A stretch of DNA of 64,000 bases from Pyrinomonadaceae bacterium. GTDB taxonomy: Bacteria > Acidobacteriota > Blastocatellia > Pyrinomonadales > Pyrinomonadaceae. Shown here piece after piece: positions 1 through 9,239 of the stretch. The notes under the pieces are model-generated. The model made no database searches. It had not been told where the DNA came from and saw only the letters and a list, made by a program, of their open reading frames with translations. Within the stretch, counting starts at the first letter, position 1. Each line of letters begins with the position of its first letter. Where the stretch lies: positions 256,001 through 320,000 of the forward strand of contig JBKBYA010000001.1 of the NCBI GenBank assembly GCA_046313635.1, given 5' to 3'. The position numbers and the translations under genes were made by a program.

Positions 1-2619
1 ACGCCGGCCGAGGTGACCGGCGCGCTTCGCATCCAGAATGTCGAATTCCCCAGCGGCCGACTTAACGAGGGCCAGATCGAGACGGCCGTCCGCACGGTCG
101 GCAAGGTCGCCAAGCCCGAAGAGTTCAACGACGTCGTCGTCGCGACGCGCGGCACATATCAGGTCAAGGTCAAAGACCTCGGCTACGCCGAGGACGGCGG
201 CGAAGAAGTTCGTTCGCAGGCGCGGCTCAACGGTCAGCCCGCGGTCACTCTAGTCGTCTCGAAACAGTCCGGACAAAATACGGTCGCCGTCGCCCACGCG
301 ATCAAGGAGCGGCTTAACGAGATCAGACCGACACTGCCGAAGGGCTACGAGATGCGCATCGTCGGCGACAACTCGATCTTTATCGAAAATTCGCTGCACG
401 CCATCGAGGAGCACTTGATCGTCGGCTCGATCCTGGCGGCGATCGTCGTCTTTCTTTTCCTCTGGAGCGTGCGTTCGACCTTTATCGCGGCGCTCGCGAT
501 ACCGACGTCGATCATCTCGACCTTTGCGCTGATCTATGCGATGGGCTACACGCTCAACTCGATCACGATGCTCGCACTGACGCTGATGGTCGGCATCGTG
601 ATCGACGACGCGATCGTCGTACTCGAGAACATTTACCGCTTTGTCGAGGAGAAGGGAATGAACCCCTTTCAGGCGGCGATCGAGGGCACGCGCGAGATCG
701 GCCTCGCCGTGCTTGCGACGACGCTCAGCCTAATGGCGGTGTTCATCCCGATCGGCTTTATGCAGGGCATCGTCGGCCGCTTTATGTCGTCCTTCGGTCT
801 GACGGCGTCGTTCGCGGTCGGCGTCTCGCTGATCGTTTCGTTCACTCTCACGCCGATGCTCGCGGCCCGGCTGATCAGGCGTCCAGAGGAAACGGTCGAG
901 GTCCGCGAGGACGCCGCACACGGCGAAGGCCGCGTCGAGATCGTCACCGCCGCGCATCATGAGGACTCAAAGGAGAAAGGCTGGTTTCGCCACGTGCTGA
1001 ACGCCTACACAAAGATGCTGCGCTTCTCGATGTCGCATCGCTGGCTGATAGTGACGCTGTGCGTGCTGGTGTTTCTGAGCATCATTCCGCTCTTTATGTT
1101 TGTCGGCAAAAACTTTTTGCCGGTCGACGACCAATCGCAGTACGAAGTCTCGGTCCGCGCGCCCGAGGGCTACAGTCTCGGCGCGACGACGCAGCTATTG
1201 GAGCGCATCGCGGCGCGCATCCGTCAGCAGCCGGGCGTGACCGACACGTTGGTAACGGTCGGCGGCGGCCAGCAGCAGGTCGTCAACTCGGGCTCGATCT
1301 ACGTCAAGCTGACCGACATTCACGAACGCGCAAATGACCAGCAGACGCTCATGGCCGAGACGCGCGAGATCCTTGCAAGAGAATTCCCGCCCGAGCTGCG
1401 TACGGCCGTGCAGCAGGTCGCGGCATTCTCCGGCGGCGGCTTTCGCAACGCGAACGTGCAGTTCCTGGTTTCGGGGCCCGACCTGAAAAAGCTCGAGGAA
1501 TACTCGGCAAAGATACTCGAGCATATGAAGACGATCCCCGACGCCGTAGATGTCGACTCGACGCTGATCAGCGGCAAGCCCGAGGTGCAGCTCACGGTCG
1601 ATCGCGACACTGCGGCCGACCTGGGCGTGCGGGTCGGCGACATCTCGCAGGCGCTCAACACGCTGATCGCCGGGCAGGAAGCAACGACCTTCAATCAGGG
1701 GACCGATCAGTACGAAGTGCGCGTGCGCGCGGTCAATCCGTTTCGCTCGAGCGTCGACGGTCTCAAGCGCGTGATCGTGCCGTCGAGCAAGGTCGGCTGG
1801 GTCACGCTCGACCGCGTCGTCAAGGTTTCTGAAGGCACGGGCCCGTCGTCGGTCGACCGCGTCAACCGCCAGCGGCAGGTGACGCTGCTCGCGAATACCA
1901 AGCCGGGCGGCTCGGCGGCGGACATCACGTCAAAGATCGATTCGTTCGTTAGATCGCTCAACCTGCCGCCTGAGTACAAAACGGGCTACGTCGGCCAGTC
2001 GAAGGAAATGGGCAAGGCAGGATTCTATTTCCTGCTCGCCTTTATGCTGTCTTTCGTCTTTATGTACATCGTGCTCGCGGCGCAGTTCGAGTCGTTCATT
2101 CACCCGGTGACGATCCTTCTGACGCTGCCGCTGTCGATCCCCTTCGGCATCGTCAGTCTTTTGATCGCGGGGCAGACGGTCAACATCTTTTCGGGCCTCG
2201 GTCTGCTGCTGCTCTTCGGCGTCGTCAAAAAGAACGCCATTCTGCAGATCGATCATACGAACACGCTGCGAGCTCACGGCCTCAACCGCTACGACGCGAT
2301 CATCCAGGCCAACCGCGACCGTCTGCGGCCGATCTTGATGACGACGATCGCGCTCGTCGCCGGAATGATCCCGCTGGTGGTCTCGAGCGGCGCGGGCTCG
2401 GGCACAAACCGTTCGATCGGCGTACTGGTCGTCGGCGGGCAGACGCTGTGCCTGCTGCTGACGCTGCTCGCGGTGCCGGTCTTTTATTCGATCTTTGACG
2501 ATCTGTCGGAGCTGAATATCTTTCGCCGGATCGGCAGATTCTCGAGCTGGATCTTTGGCGGTATCCGCCGCAAAGCTGCGGCCGTCGCCGGTACGGTCAC
2601 GAATACGGTGAGCAAGTGA
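1..2619 (+). CDS. RND efflux permease, AcrB/AcrD/AcrF family (5'-truncated by window edge)
   Basis: Frame is open from base 1. RND motifs GIVIDDAIVVLENI, GVVKKNAIL and RLRPILMTT; many TM segments. Confidence 0.95.
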   Translation, partial: TPAEVTGALRIQNVEFPSGRLNEGQIETAVRTVGKVAKPEEFNDVVVATRGTYQVKVKDLGYAEDGGEEVRSQARLNGQPAVTLVVSKQSGQNTVAVAHAIKERLNEIRPTLPKGYEMRIVGDNSIFIENSLHAIEEHLIVGSILAAIVVFLFLWSVRSTFIAALAIPTSIISTFALIYAMGYTLNSITMLALTLMVGIVIDDAIVVLENIYRFVEEKGMNPFQAAIEGTREIGLAVLATTLSLMAVFIPIGFMQGIVGRFMSSFGLTASFAVGVSLIVSFTLTPMLAARLIRRPEETVEVREDAAHGEGRVEIVTAAHHEDSKEKGWFRHVLNAYTKMLRFSMSHRWLIVTLCVLVFLSIIPLFMFVGKNFLPVDDQSQYEVSVRAPEGYSLGATTQLLERIAARIRQQPGVTDTLVTVGGGQQQVVNSGSIYVKLTDIHERANDQQTLMAETREILAREFPPELRTAVQQVAAFSGGGFRNANVQFLVSGPDLKKLEEYSAKILEHMKTIPDAVDVDSTLISGKPEVQLTVDRDTAADLGVRVGDISQALNTLIAGQEATTFNQGTDQYEVRVRAVNPFRSSVDGLKRVIVPSSKVGWVTLDRVVKVSEGTGPSSVDRVNRQRQVTLLANTKPGGSAADITSKIDSFVRSLNLPPEYKTGYVGQSKEMGKAGFYFLLAFMLSFVFMYIVLAAQFESFIHPVTILLTLPLSIPFGIVSLLIAGQTVNIFSGLGLLLLFGVVKKNAILQIDHTNTLRAHGLNRYDAIIQANRDRLRPILMTTIALVAGMIPLVVSSGAGSGTNRSIGVLVVGGQTLCLLLTLLAVPVFYSIFDDLSELNIFRRIGRFSSWIFGGIRRKAAAVAGTVTNTVSK

Positions 2620-2666
2620 TACCGCTTTGTTCCGGGGCTTTGCCGACAGATCAAGACACCATTTTT

Positions 2667-4457
2667 ATGGGTAGGCATTTATTCATTCTTATTTTCTCGA
2701 TACTCCTCGCGGCGGCGACCGCGGCGGCGCAGGACCCGGTGCCCACGCAAACGCCGGCGCCCACGCCCACGCCTGTCGCGACGCCGGCTGCTCCGCCGGT
2801 GGTCGACGGAGCTCCGGGCGTAAGGCCCGAGGATGTCCGAGGCGTGCCGGCGATCGCGCCGAATTATCGTTCGGAGGACCGCCGTCTGCCTGATCTCGGC
2901 CGCGTCGGCGTCGATACCGCTGATCAGCATCCGCTCACGCTGCGCGAGGCGCTTGCGCTCGCGCTCGAGAACAACAAGGACATCGAGGTCACGCGGCAGA
3001 ACATCCGCATCGCCGAGTTCGATCTCAAGGCGGCCCGCGGCGTTTACGAGCCGCGCTTTGCCGGACAGACGTTTTACGAGCGGGCGACCGTGCCGAACAT
3101 CAGCTTTTTTTCGCCCAACGTCACCAAGATCACAAACAGCACGATCACCGGCAACGGCGGCTTGACGGCGTTCATACCGCAGACGGGCACGGTGCTTAGC
3201 GCGACGCTCAACAACAATCGCATCGGCACGACCAATCCGATCTCGATCATCAGTCCGCAGTACAACTCGAGCTTTACGGCGAGCGTGACGCAGCCTCTGT
3301 TTCGCGGGCTGAGATTCGATCAGCAGCGAAGGACGATCGAGATCGCAAAGCGGAATCTTTCGCTCACCGGCGCGCAGTTTCGCCAGCGGACGATCGAGAC
3401 CGTCGCGAGCGTACAGCGCGCGTATTGGGACCTGACCTTTGCGCTTCGCAGCCTGCAGGTGCAGCGCGACAGCCTTCGCGACGCGCAGGCGCAGCTCGAA
3501 CACAACCGACGGCTCGTCGACGAGGGCCAGCTCGCGCCGATCGACATCGTCGCCGCCGAGACGCAGGTCGCAAATTTTGAGCAGGCGGTTTACGACGCGC
3601 TCAACGTCGTCAATCAGGCCGAGAACGGTCTGAAGAATCTGATCTCGCCGCGCCGCACCGACGCGATCTGGTCGCGGGCGATCACGCCGGTCGACTCTGT
3701 CGAGGTGCCGACGCCTTCGCTCTCGATCGAGACGGCGGTCGAGACCGCGATACAGAATCGCCCCGAGCTCGAGATCAACGCGGCGCAGCGAGAGATCAAT
3801 CGCGTCGACCAGCGCTTCTATCGCGAGCAGAAAAAGCCGCAGATCGATCTCGTCGCGAGCTACACGTCGGCCGGTGTCGGCGGCACTTTGAATCCTAACT
3901 TCACCAATCCGCTGCTGCGCAGCTGCACCCCCGGCTCGACCGACCCGACGTGCCAACAGGCGGCCGCGGCGCAGGCGCAATTGCTGCAGACGGTCGGCGG
4001 CGGCGGCACGGCGATCACCGACATCTTGTCGAACAAGTATCCGACCGTGCGCGTCGGCGTGCAGTTCAACCTGCCGCTCTTCGGCGACAAGACCTCCCGT
4101 GCGCAGTACGGCCGCTCGCTGGTCGAGGCCGAGCGGATCGAGACGCTGCGCGAGCAGATCGAGCAGAACATTCAAACGGACGTCCGCAACGCGCTGCAGG
4201 CCGTTCGGACCGCGGAAGCGCGTCTTCGTTCCGCATCGATCGCCCGCGAGAACAGCGAGCGGCAATACGAGTCCGAGAAGCGAAAGCTCGACGAGGGACA
4301 ATCGGACGTCTATCGCGTCCTCGAGCGTCAGACGGCGCTGACCGTCGCCCGCAGCAGCGAGCTGCGAGCGCGGACCGATCTCAACAAGGCCATTGCCGAG
4401 CTCGAACGCGCGACCGGCACCTCGCTCACCGCCAACGGCATCGAGACAAAGAAATGA
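2667..4457 (+). CDS. TolC-family outer membrane efflux protein
   Basis: Signal peptide from ATG 2667, Pro/Thr linker, LTLREALALALENNKDI, two OEP-type helical repeats; directly follows the RND permease. Confidence 0.9.
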   Translation: MGRHLFILIFSILLAAATAAAQDPVPTQTPAPTPTPVATPAAPPVVDGAPGVRPEDVRGVPAIAPNYRSEDRRLPDLGRVGVDTADQHPLTLREALALALENNKDIEVTRQNIRIAEFDLKAARGVYEPRFAGQTFYERATVPNISFFSPNVTKITNSTITGNGGLTAFIPQTGTVLSATLNNNRIGTTNPISIISPQYNSSFTASVTQPLFRGLRFDQQRRTIEIAKRNLSLTGAQFRQRTIETVASVQRAYWDLTFALRSLQVQRDSLRDAQAQLEHNRRLVDEGQLAPIDIVAAETQVANFEQAVYDALNVVNQAENGLKNLISPRRTDAIWSRAITPVDSVEVPTPSLSIETAVETAIQNRPELEINAAQREINRVDQRFYREQKKPQIDLVASYTSAGVGGTLNPNFTNPLLRSCTPGSTDPTCQQAAAAQAQLLQTVGGGGTAITDILSNKYPTVRVGVQFNLPLFGDKTSRAQYGRSLVEAERIETLREQIEQNIQTDVRNALQAVRTAEARLRSASIARENSERQYESEKRKLDEGQSDVYRVLERQTALTVARSSELRARTDLNKAIAELERATGTSLTANGIETKK

Positions 4458-5440
4458 AGGCGATCTACATTCGCGAATTTGGCGGGCCCGAAAATCTCGA
4501 GCTACGCGACCTGCCCGATCCGGCTCGGCCGACGGGGAGCCAGGTGCTCGTGCGCGTCCGAGCCTCGGCGCTCAACCGCGCCGACCTGCTGCAGCGGCTC
4601 GGCAAATATCCGCCGCCGCCCGGCTGCTCGCCGAACATTCCGGGACTGGAATTTGCCGGCGAGATCGATGAGACGGGCGACGGGGCGAGCAGATTCAAAA
4701 AAGGCGACCGCGTCTTTGCGATCACGGCCGGCGAAGCGCAGGCCGAGTACGTCCTCGTCGACGAGCGCGTGCTCGCGCCGGTGCCCGAGAATCTGAGTTT
4801 TATCCAGGCGGCGGCGGTCCCCGAGGCTTTTATCACGGCGCACGACGCGATCTTTTCGCTCGCAAATTTGAGGGCCGGCGAATCGATCCTCATCCACGCA
4901 GTCGGGTCGGGTGTAGGGCTCGCCGGTCTGCAGCTCGCCAGGGCCAAGGGCGCGGCCGTCATTGGCACCTCGCGGACGGCTGAAAAACTCGATCGCTGCC
5001 GGCTCGAGTTCGGTCTCGACCACGCGATCGCGACCCCCGAGCCGGTATTTGCCGAGACGGTCCTCGAGCTGACCGGCGGGCGCGGTGTCGACGTCGTTTT
5101 CGATCTCGTCGGCGGCGCTTACTTTAAGGAGGATCTCGCAAGCCTCGCGACGCGCGGCAGGCTCGTGATGATCAGCACTGCGTCGGGCGCTAAAGCCGAG
5201 ATCGATCTCGGCGTCACTCTCTTCAAACGGCTGACGATCATCGGTACGGTGCTGCGTTCGCGGCCGCTCGACGAAAAGATCGAGGTCAACCGGCGCTTCA
5301 TCGACGACGTGCTTCCGCTGCTGGCGTCAGGCGCGGTGCGGCCCGTTGTAGACCGCATCTATCCGGCCGCCGAGATACGAGCGGCGCACGAGTATATGCA
5401 GTCCAACAAGAGCTTTGGCAAGATCGTGATCGAATTTTAG
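4454..5440 (+). CDS. NAD(P)H-quinone oxidoreductase (PIG3/zeta-crystallin MDR family)
   Basis: Starts MKAIYIREFGGPE with an ATGA overlap on the TolC stop. Motifs ALNRADLLQRLGKYPPPPG, HAVGSGVG and C-terminal GKIVI. Confidence 0.92.
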   Translation: MKAIYIREFGGPENLELRDLPDPARPTGSQVLVRVRASALNRADLLQRLGKYPPPPGCSPNIPGLEFAGEIDETGDGASRFKKGDRVFAITAGEAQAEYVLVDERVLAPVPENLSFIQAAAVPEAFITAHDAIFSLANLRAGESILIHAVGSGVGLAGLQLARAKGAAVIGTSRTAEKLDRCRLEFGLDHAIATPEPVFAETVLELTGGRGVDVVFDLVGGAYFKEDLASLATRGRLVMISTASGAKAEIDLGVTLFKRLTIIGTVLRSRPLDEKIEVNRRFIDDVLPLLASGAVRPVVDRIYPAAEIRAAHEYMQSNKSFGKIVIEF

Positions 5441-5447
5441 CTGGGGA

Positions 5448-5672
5448 CTAGTGGACGCGTGAGGCCGCCTCCGAGGTGACGATGCAGAGGCCGGTAACGC
5501 CGGCGGCGTCGAGCTCTGCGAGGATGCGCTCGGCCTCGGTGTAGGTCAGGTCCGCGGCCTCTCGCCGGGCAAAAGAGATCACCGCCCAGAGAGGCTGCTC
5601 AAGCTCGCTCGGAGCTTGTCCGTGGATTGGATTCTCGGGCGTCTGCTGCTGTTTGGCCCCTTGCTCTCTCAT
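5448..5672 (-). CDS. small hypothetical protein (74 aa)
   Basis: ATG-started ORF with host-like codon usage filling the gap; no family recognised. Confidence 0.55.
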   Translation of the reverse strand: MREQGAKQQQTPENPIHGQAPSELEQPLWAVISFARREAADLTYTEAERILAELDAAGVTGLCIVTSEAASRVH

Positions 5673-5909
5673 CGCACTTCGCTGTCAGAAGTCTGATTTT
5701 TCGGTACCAAACACCTTAGCACAAGTTTTCCACAGGTTGAAAAACGGCATGGTTGTTCGCGTCTGGCAGGTGATCGCCGACGGCACCGATAGGCGCAAAG
5801 TAAGAACCGTCTCAGATCGAGCGAACTCATCATTCGGGCCGAGGTAAAGAAGTCCCTGAAATAGGTCCCTCGGAAAGCGACGATTGGCGGTTAATTTGAC
5901 AAGCAAGCG

Positions 5910-6390
5910 CTAGTCCGACCAGAGGGGCTGCTTTTCCCAGTCGTTCGGGAATCCCATCTCCGATAGTTCGATGCCCGGGTGCTCGGCGGTCAGCAATTTT
6001 ATTTTTGTCTTGAAACTGGTGTCTGGAATTATCCGTTCCAGCAGAAACAACACGCTGGATAGGAAGTAATACATTCGGCGATTAGAGATTCCTTCGGTGT
6101 TGATCCACGGAAAATCGGTCTTCTTTAGCAACTGTGGATGTTTGGTTAATTTTCGGTTCCAAAGCGGGTCTGTGATGAGCACAGACGTTTCGGACGTAAA
6201 CACAGCTCTGAATCCAACTCTCGAAGATATGTCTTTGTGTCCCGGGGAACTTGAACGCAGCGGCTACACTGTTTCGAATTGTGTAATCCTTTATGTTGAA
6301 AAAGACGGTCGAAGCAAGGCCGAAGGAACAGATCTCGAACGTCATCCAAGCGGGCGGGCGTACCGTTTCGGAGTATTTTGCCTTGAAATC
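5910..6390 (-). pseudogene. Abi family (AbiD/AbiF, Abi_2-like, HEPN) remnant, 5'-truncated and frameshifted
   Basis: One frame gives KAKYSETVRPPAWMTFEICSFG...RNVCAHH; another continues LWNRKLT...MGFPNDWEKQPLW. The frame change is at ~6170, just after the RxxxxH motif. Confidence 0.8.
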
Positions 6391-6413
6391 CGCGCGGGAT
6401 GAGTAGTGCCAGC

Positions 6414-7085
6414 TCATGCGAGTACCAATTCGCCTCGTCTCGGAAAGTAGCCGACCTTTCGGTCGATAAAGATCTGATTGCTCAAAATGCCGTCGACACC
6501 TGCGAGTTGAAGCGTCATACCGAGAAGACCGGGCAAACAGCCGCACCGCATTCTCAGCTCACATCCACCGAGCCTGATCTGAACCAAATAGGTATCGGTC
6601 TCAAATTCTCCAACGCCAGGGTAGAAGTCGGTCATCGCACCCATCGAGGGCTGCGAGCTCACCACATCGCGCGGGAGATAACCGATCTGGGCGCCAGTAT
6701 CGACAAATACCCGCAGCCTTTTACTCTGCATCGTGACGTCGGCGATCGGGATACCCATGAACTGATCGAGCGAAAGTACATCGCCGTCGCACGCGACCGC
6801 ATCGTCGGAAAACGAAATTTCGCCCGCACCGATGTCGAAGACAGTGTCAAACTCATTCAAAATATCGACCCCGATAAGGCCTGCCGTCGAATGGCCGACG
6901 TGCTGAGACAGTCTGTCGGCCGAGAGTCCGAGATAGTCTTGCGGTATAGAAAATTCCCAGTCGTCGATCACCAGCTCCGCAAGGTCGCCGAAACTGGTCG
7001 GAGCACCCGTATCCACGAGCCAGTCCCGTCCGTCGATCGAAGCGAACAGATGATGGTTACTCACGGTAAGCGGCGTTGTGTGCAT
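6414..7085 (-). CDS. retropepsin-like aspartyl protease with two tandem DTG domains
   Basis: WLVDTGA...GLIGVDIL and VFVDTGA...DGILS motif pairs. Confidence 0.75.
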   Translation of the reverse strand: MHTTPLTVSNHHLFASIDGRDWLVDTGAPTSFGDLAELVIDDWEFSIPQDYLGLSADRLSQHVGHSTAGLIGVDILNEFDTVFDIGAGEISFSDDAVACDGDVLSLDQFMGIPIADVTMQSKRLRVFVDTGAQIGYLPRDVVSSQPSMGAMTDFYPGVGEFETDTYLVQIRLGGCELRMRCGCLPGLLGMTLQLAGVDGILSNQIFIDRKVGYFPRRGELVLA

Positions 7086-7157
7086 AGGACTTAATGAAGC
7101 AGATCGTGAGCAGATCTTAGTACATTCTGATCGCGATCTGCCAAGACGAGGGCCGTC

Positions 7158-7187
7158 TTGACAGAGAATTCTCCGGTTGATTATTCT
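7158..7187 (+). promoter_or_regulatory. sigma70-type promoter of the metK leader
   Basis: TTGACA (7158-7163), 18 nt spacer, TATTCT (7182-7187), immediately upstream of the riboswitch. Confidence 0.7.
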
Positions 7188-7193
7188 TTCGCA

Positions 7194-7307
7194 AGCATTA
7201 GGAGCTGCCCTTTGCAGGGCACGGCAACCGGGTCAGAGACACCACGGTGCTCACGGACGACTTAAGGCGTCCGGATGTGCAGTTAGCAAACTGAATCAAG
7301 TCTCTGA
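7194..7307 (+). ncRNA. SAM riboswitch, SAM-I/IV-type
   Basis: Core GCATTAGGAG...ACGGCAACC...ACGGTGC...GGATGT. P4 hairpin GGACG/CGTCC; P5 hairpin CAGTT/AACTG; 3' tail GTCTCTGA (7300-7307) is complementary to TCAGAGAC (7233-7240) at the tip of P3. Lies upstream of metK. Confidence 0.85.
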
Positions 7308-7327
7308 AATAGTCTTACCCGTTTACG

Positions 7328-7370
7328 AAAGCCGCCGAGTCTTACCTGATGCTCGACGGCTTTTTCGTTT
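7328..7370 (+). terminator. intrinsic terminator, probable riboswitch expression platform
   Basis: GCCGCCGAG...CTCGACGGC stem followed by TTTTTCGTTT, between the aptamer and the metK start. Confidence 0.7.
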
Positions 7371-7418
7371 GCCGTTTCTCCTCTTGCGTACGCCAGTGCA
7401 AAAAGAGAGGAACAACAA

Positions 7419-8537
7419 ATGAACTACAAATACACCTTTACTTCCGAATCCGTGTCTGAAGGGCATCCGGACAAGGTCTGCGACCTGATCGCCGACTCGA
7501 TCCTCGACGCGCACCTCGAGCACGATCCCAACGCTCGTGTCGCATGCGAGGTGCTCTGCAAGAAAGAAACCGTCGTGGTGGCCGGCGAGATCACCGCATC
7601 CGGTGCCGAGTGCATCGATCATGAGCGGATCGTGCGCGACACGATCAGGCAGATCGGATACACCGAACCGTCGGAGCCCTTCCACGCCGACTCGGTCAAG
7701 ATCATCCGGATGATCTCGGAACAGGCGGACGAGATCGCACAAGGGATCGACGAGGGTCGCGGCCTTTTTGAAGAACAGGGGGCCGGCGATCAGGGGATCA
7801 TGTTCGGATATGCGACGAGCGAAACGCCTGAACTGATGCCGCTGCCCATCTTGCTCGCTCACAGGCTGGCACAGGCTCTCGCCCAAGACCGCCGGTCAGA
7901 AAGGATCGCCGGGCTGCGACCCGATGCCAAGACGCAGGTCTCGGTCGTTTACGAGCAAAATCGCCCGGTAGGCGTCTCGGACATTCTTGTCTCGACGCAG
8001 CACCGCCCCGAGATCGCTCGCGAGCAGATCTATCAGTACGTCGTCGACGACCTTGCACCGAGGGTACTGGGCGACTGGTTTACGCGGGCCGTGCGCGTAC
8101 ATGTCAATCCGACCGGCAGCTTCGTTCACGGCGGGCCGAGCGCAGACTGCGGGGTGACGGGCCGGAAGATAATTGTCGACACGTACGGCGGGATGGGTCG
8201 TCACGGCGGCGGAGCGTTTTCAGGCAAGGACCCGTCAAAGGTCGACCGCAGCGGTGCGTACTTCTGCCGCTTTGTCGCGCGGCAGATAGTTAAGGCCGGA
8301 CTGGCCGAAATAGCAGAAGTGCAGGTCGCATATGCGATCGGCGTAGCGCAGCCCATCTCCGTCAAGGTCGACACTTTCGGGACCGGCGACTCGAGAGCAG
8401 CCGAAGCGTTCGTCGCCGAAGGATTCGATTTTCGCCCCTCCGCGATCATCGATCGGCTAGATCTCAGGCGGCCGCTGTATCGGACGACCACCAATTACGG
8501 GCATTTCGGTCGTGCGGGATTCGCATGGGAACGGTAA
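7419..8537 (+). CDS. metK: S-adenosylmethionine synthetase
   Basis: FTSESVSEGHPDK, GAGDQGIMFGYA, GRKIIVDTYGG, GGGAFSGKDPSKVDRS; RBS GAGAGG upstream. Confidence 0.97.
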   Translation: MNYKYTFTSESVSEGHPDKVCDLIADSILDAHLEHDPNARVACEVLCKKETVVVAGEITASGAECIDHERIVRDTIRQIGYTEPSEPFHADSVKIIRMISEQADEIAQGIDEGRGLFEEQGAGDQGIMFGYATSETPELMPLPILLAHRLAQALAQDRRSERIAGLRPDAKTQVSVVYEQNRPVGVSDILVSTQHRPEIAREQIYQYVVDDLAPRVLGDWFTRAVRVHVNPTGSFVHGGPSADCGVTGRKIIVDTYGGMGRHGGGAFSGKDPSKVDRSGAYFCRFVARQIVKAGLAEIAEVQVAYAIGVAQPISVKVDTFGTGDSRAAEAFVAEGFDFRPSAIIDRLDLRRPLYRTTTNYGHFGRAGFAWER

Positions 8538-8649
8538 GGCGATATGCCGATCCGGACGGGCCGGAACGGCGGAGAAGGGTCGCCCGCGGCTGCAGCGGGT
8601 GACTCTCTTCATTGAAGGGAGATGACAGAGAGAAGCGGCCTGAAACTGG

Positions 8650-9093
8650 ATGAGCACCGAATTACAAAATCGAGAGGCGTCGAAGCGTGAGCTCGAGCAC
8701 GCGTTCGTAAACACAAACTTTGTGGTAGATTCACCAACTTTGCGTTTCACGATCCGCATAGGTCGGCGTAGCGAGGCTCTCGACGCCGTGCTGCGCGAGA
8801 CAACGGCCGAGACGTGGGCCTTTGTCACGGCTTACAACCCCTTTGCACGTCAGCTGCCGCCGGAGGTGAACATTGCCCGGCAAAACGAGATGATCGAAGA
8901 GTTAAGATCCGCGGGCTACGACCTTTATCCCGGTTATGGCTCGTCGACCACCGGCGAATGGCCGCCGGAGCCGAGCGTCTTGATCCTTGCGATCGAACGC
9001 GACACCGCGATCGCACTCGGGCGGCGGTACGGCCAGCTTGCCATTGTTTTTGGCCGCGTGGGGCAAGCACCGGAATTGATCTGGTGTTTCTGA
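8650..9093 (+). CDS. DUF3293-like protein
   Basis: WAFVTAYNP, W-x-x-E-x-S and LGRRYGQLAI patterns recalled for DUF3293. Confidence 0.75.
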   Translation: MSTELQNREASKRELEHAFVNTNFVVDSPTLRFTIRIGRRSEALDAVLRETTAETWAFVTAYNPFARQLPPEVNIARQNEMIEELRSAGYDLYPGYGSSTTGEWPPEPSVLILAIERDTAIALGRRYGQLAIVFGRVGQAPELIWCF

Positions 9094-9239
9094 CGACCAG
9101 CATTGCCGGCGCGGCGAGAGCACCGACGCCTCATCATGAGGATCCGCTGTGACGGCGGTCATAGTCGACGAGGCCCGGTTTTGCAAGAATGCTCTCGGGG
9201 TCGTCCGTCGTCGCGCGCGTTCGGCCGGCAGAGTTGATT

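Noticed and set aside
2679..4301. Long antisense or alternate-frame ORFs (e.g. 2679-4301, 13146-14480, 33850-35265, 60584-62050)
   Set aside because: Shadow ORFs of well-supported genes, expected in high-GC DNA; no motifs.
3950..4453. 168-aa N-terminal extension of the quinone oxidoreductase
   Set aside because: It overlaps TolC out of frame; the family N-terminus and the ATGA coupling put the start at 4454.
5726..5734. DnaA-box match TTTTCCACA as a replication origin
   Set aside because: Single copy, with no box cluster, AT-rich unwinding element or origin-linked genes.
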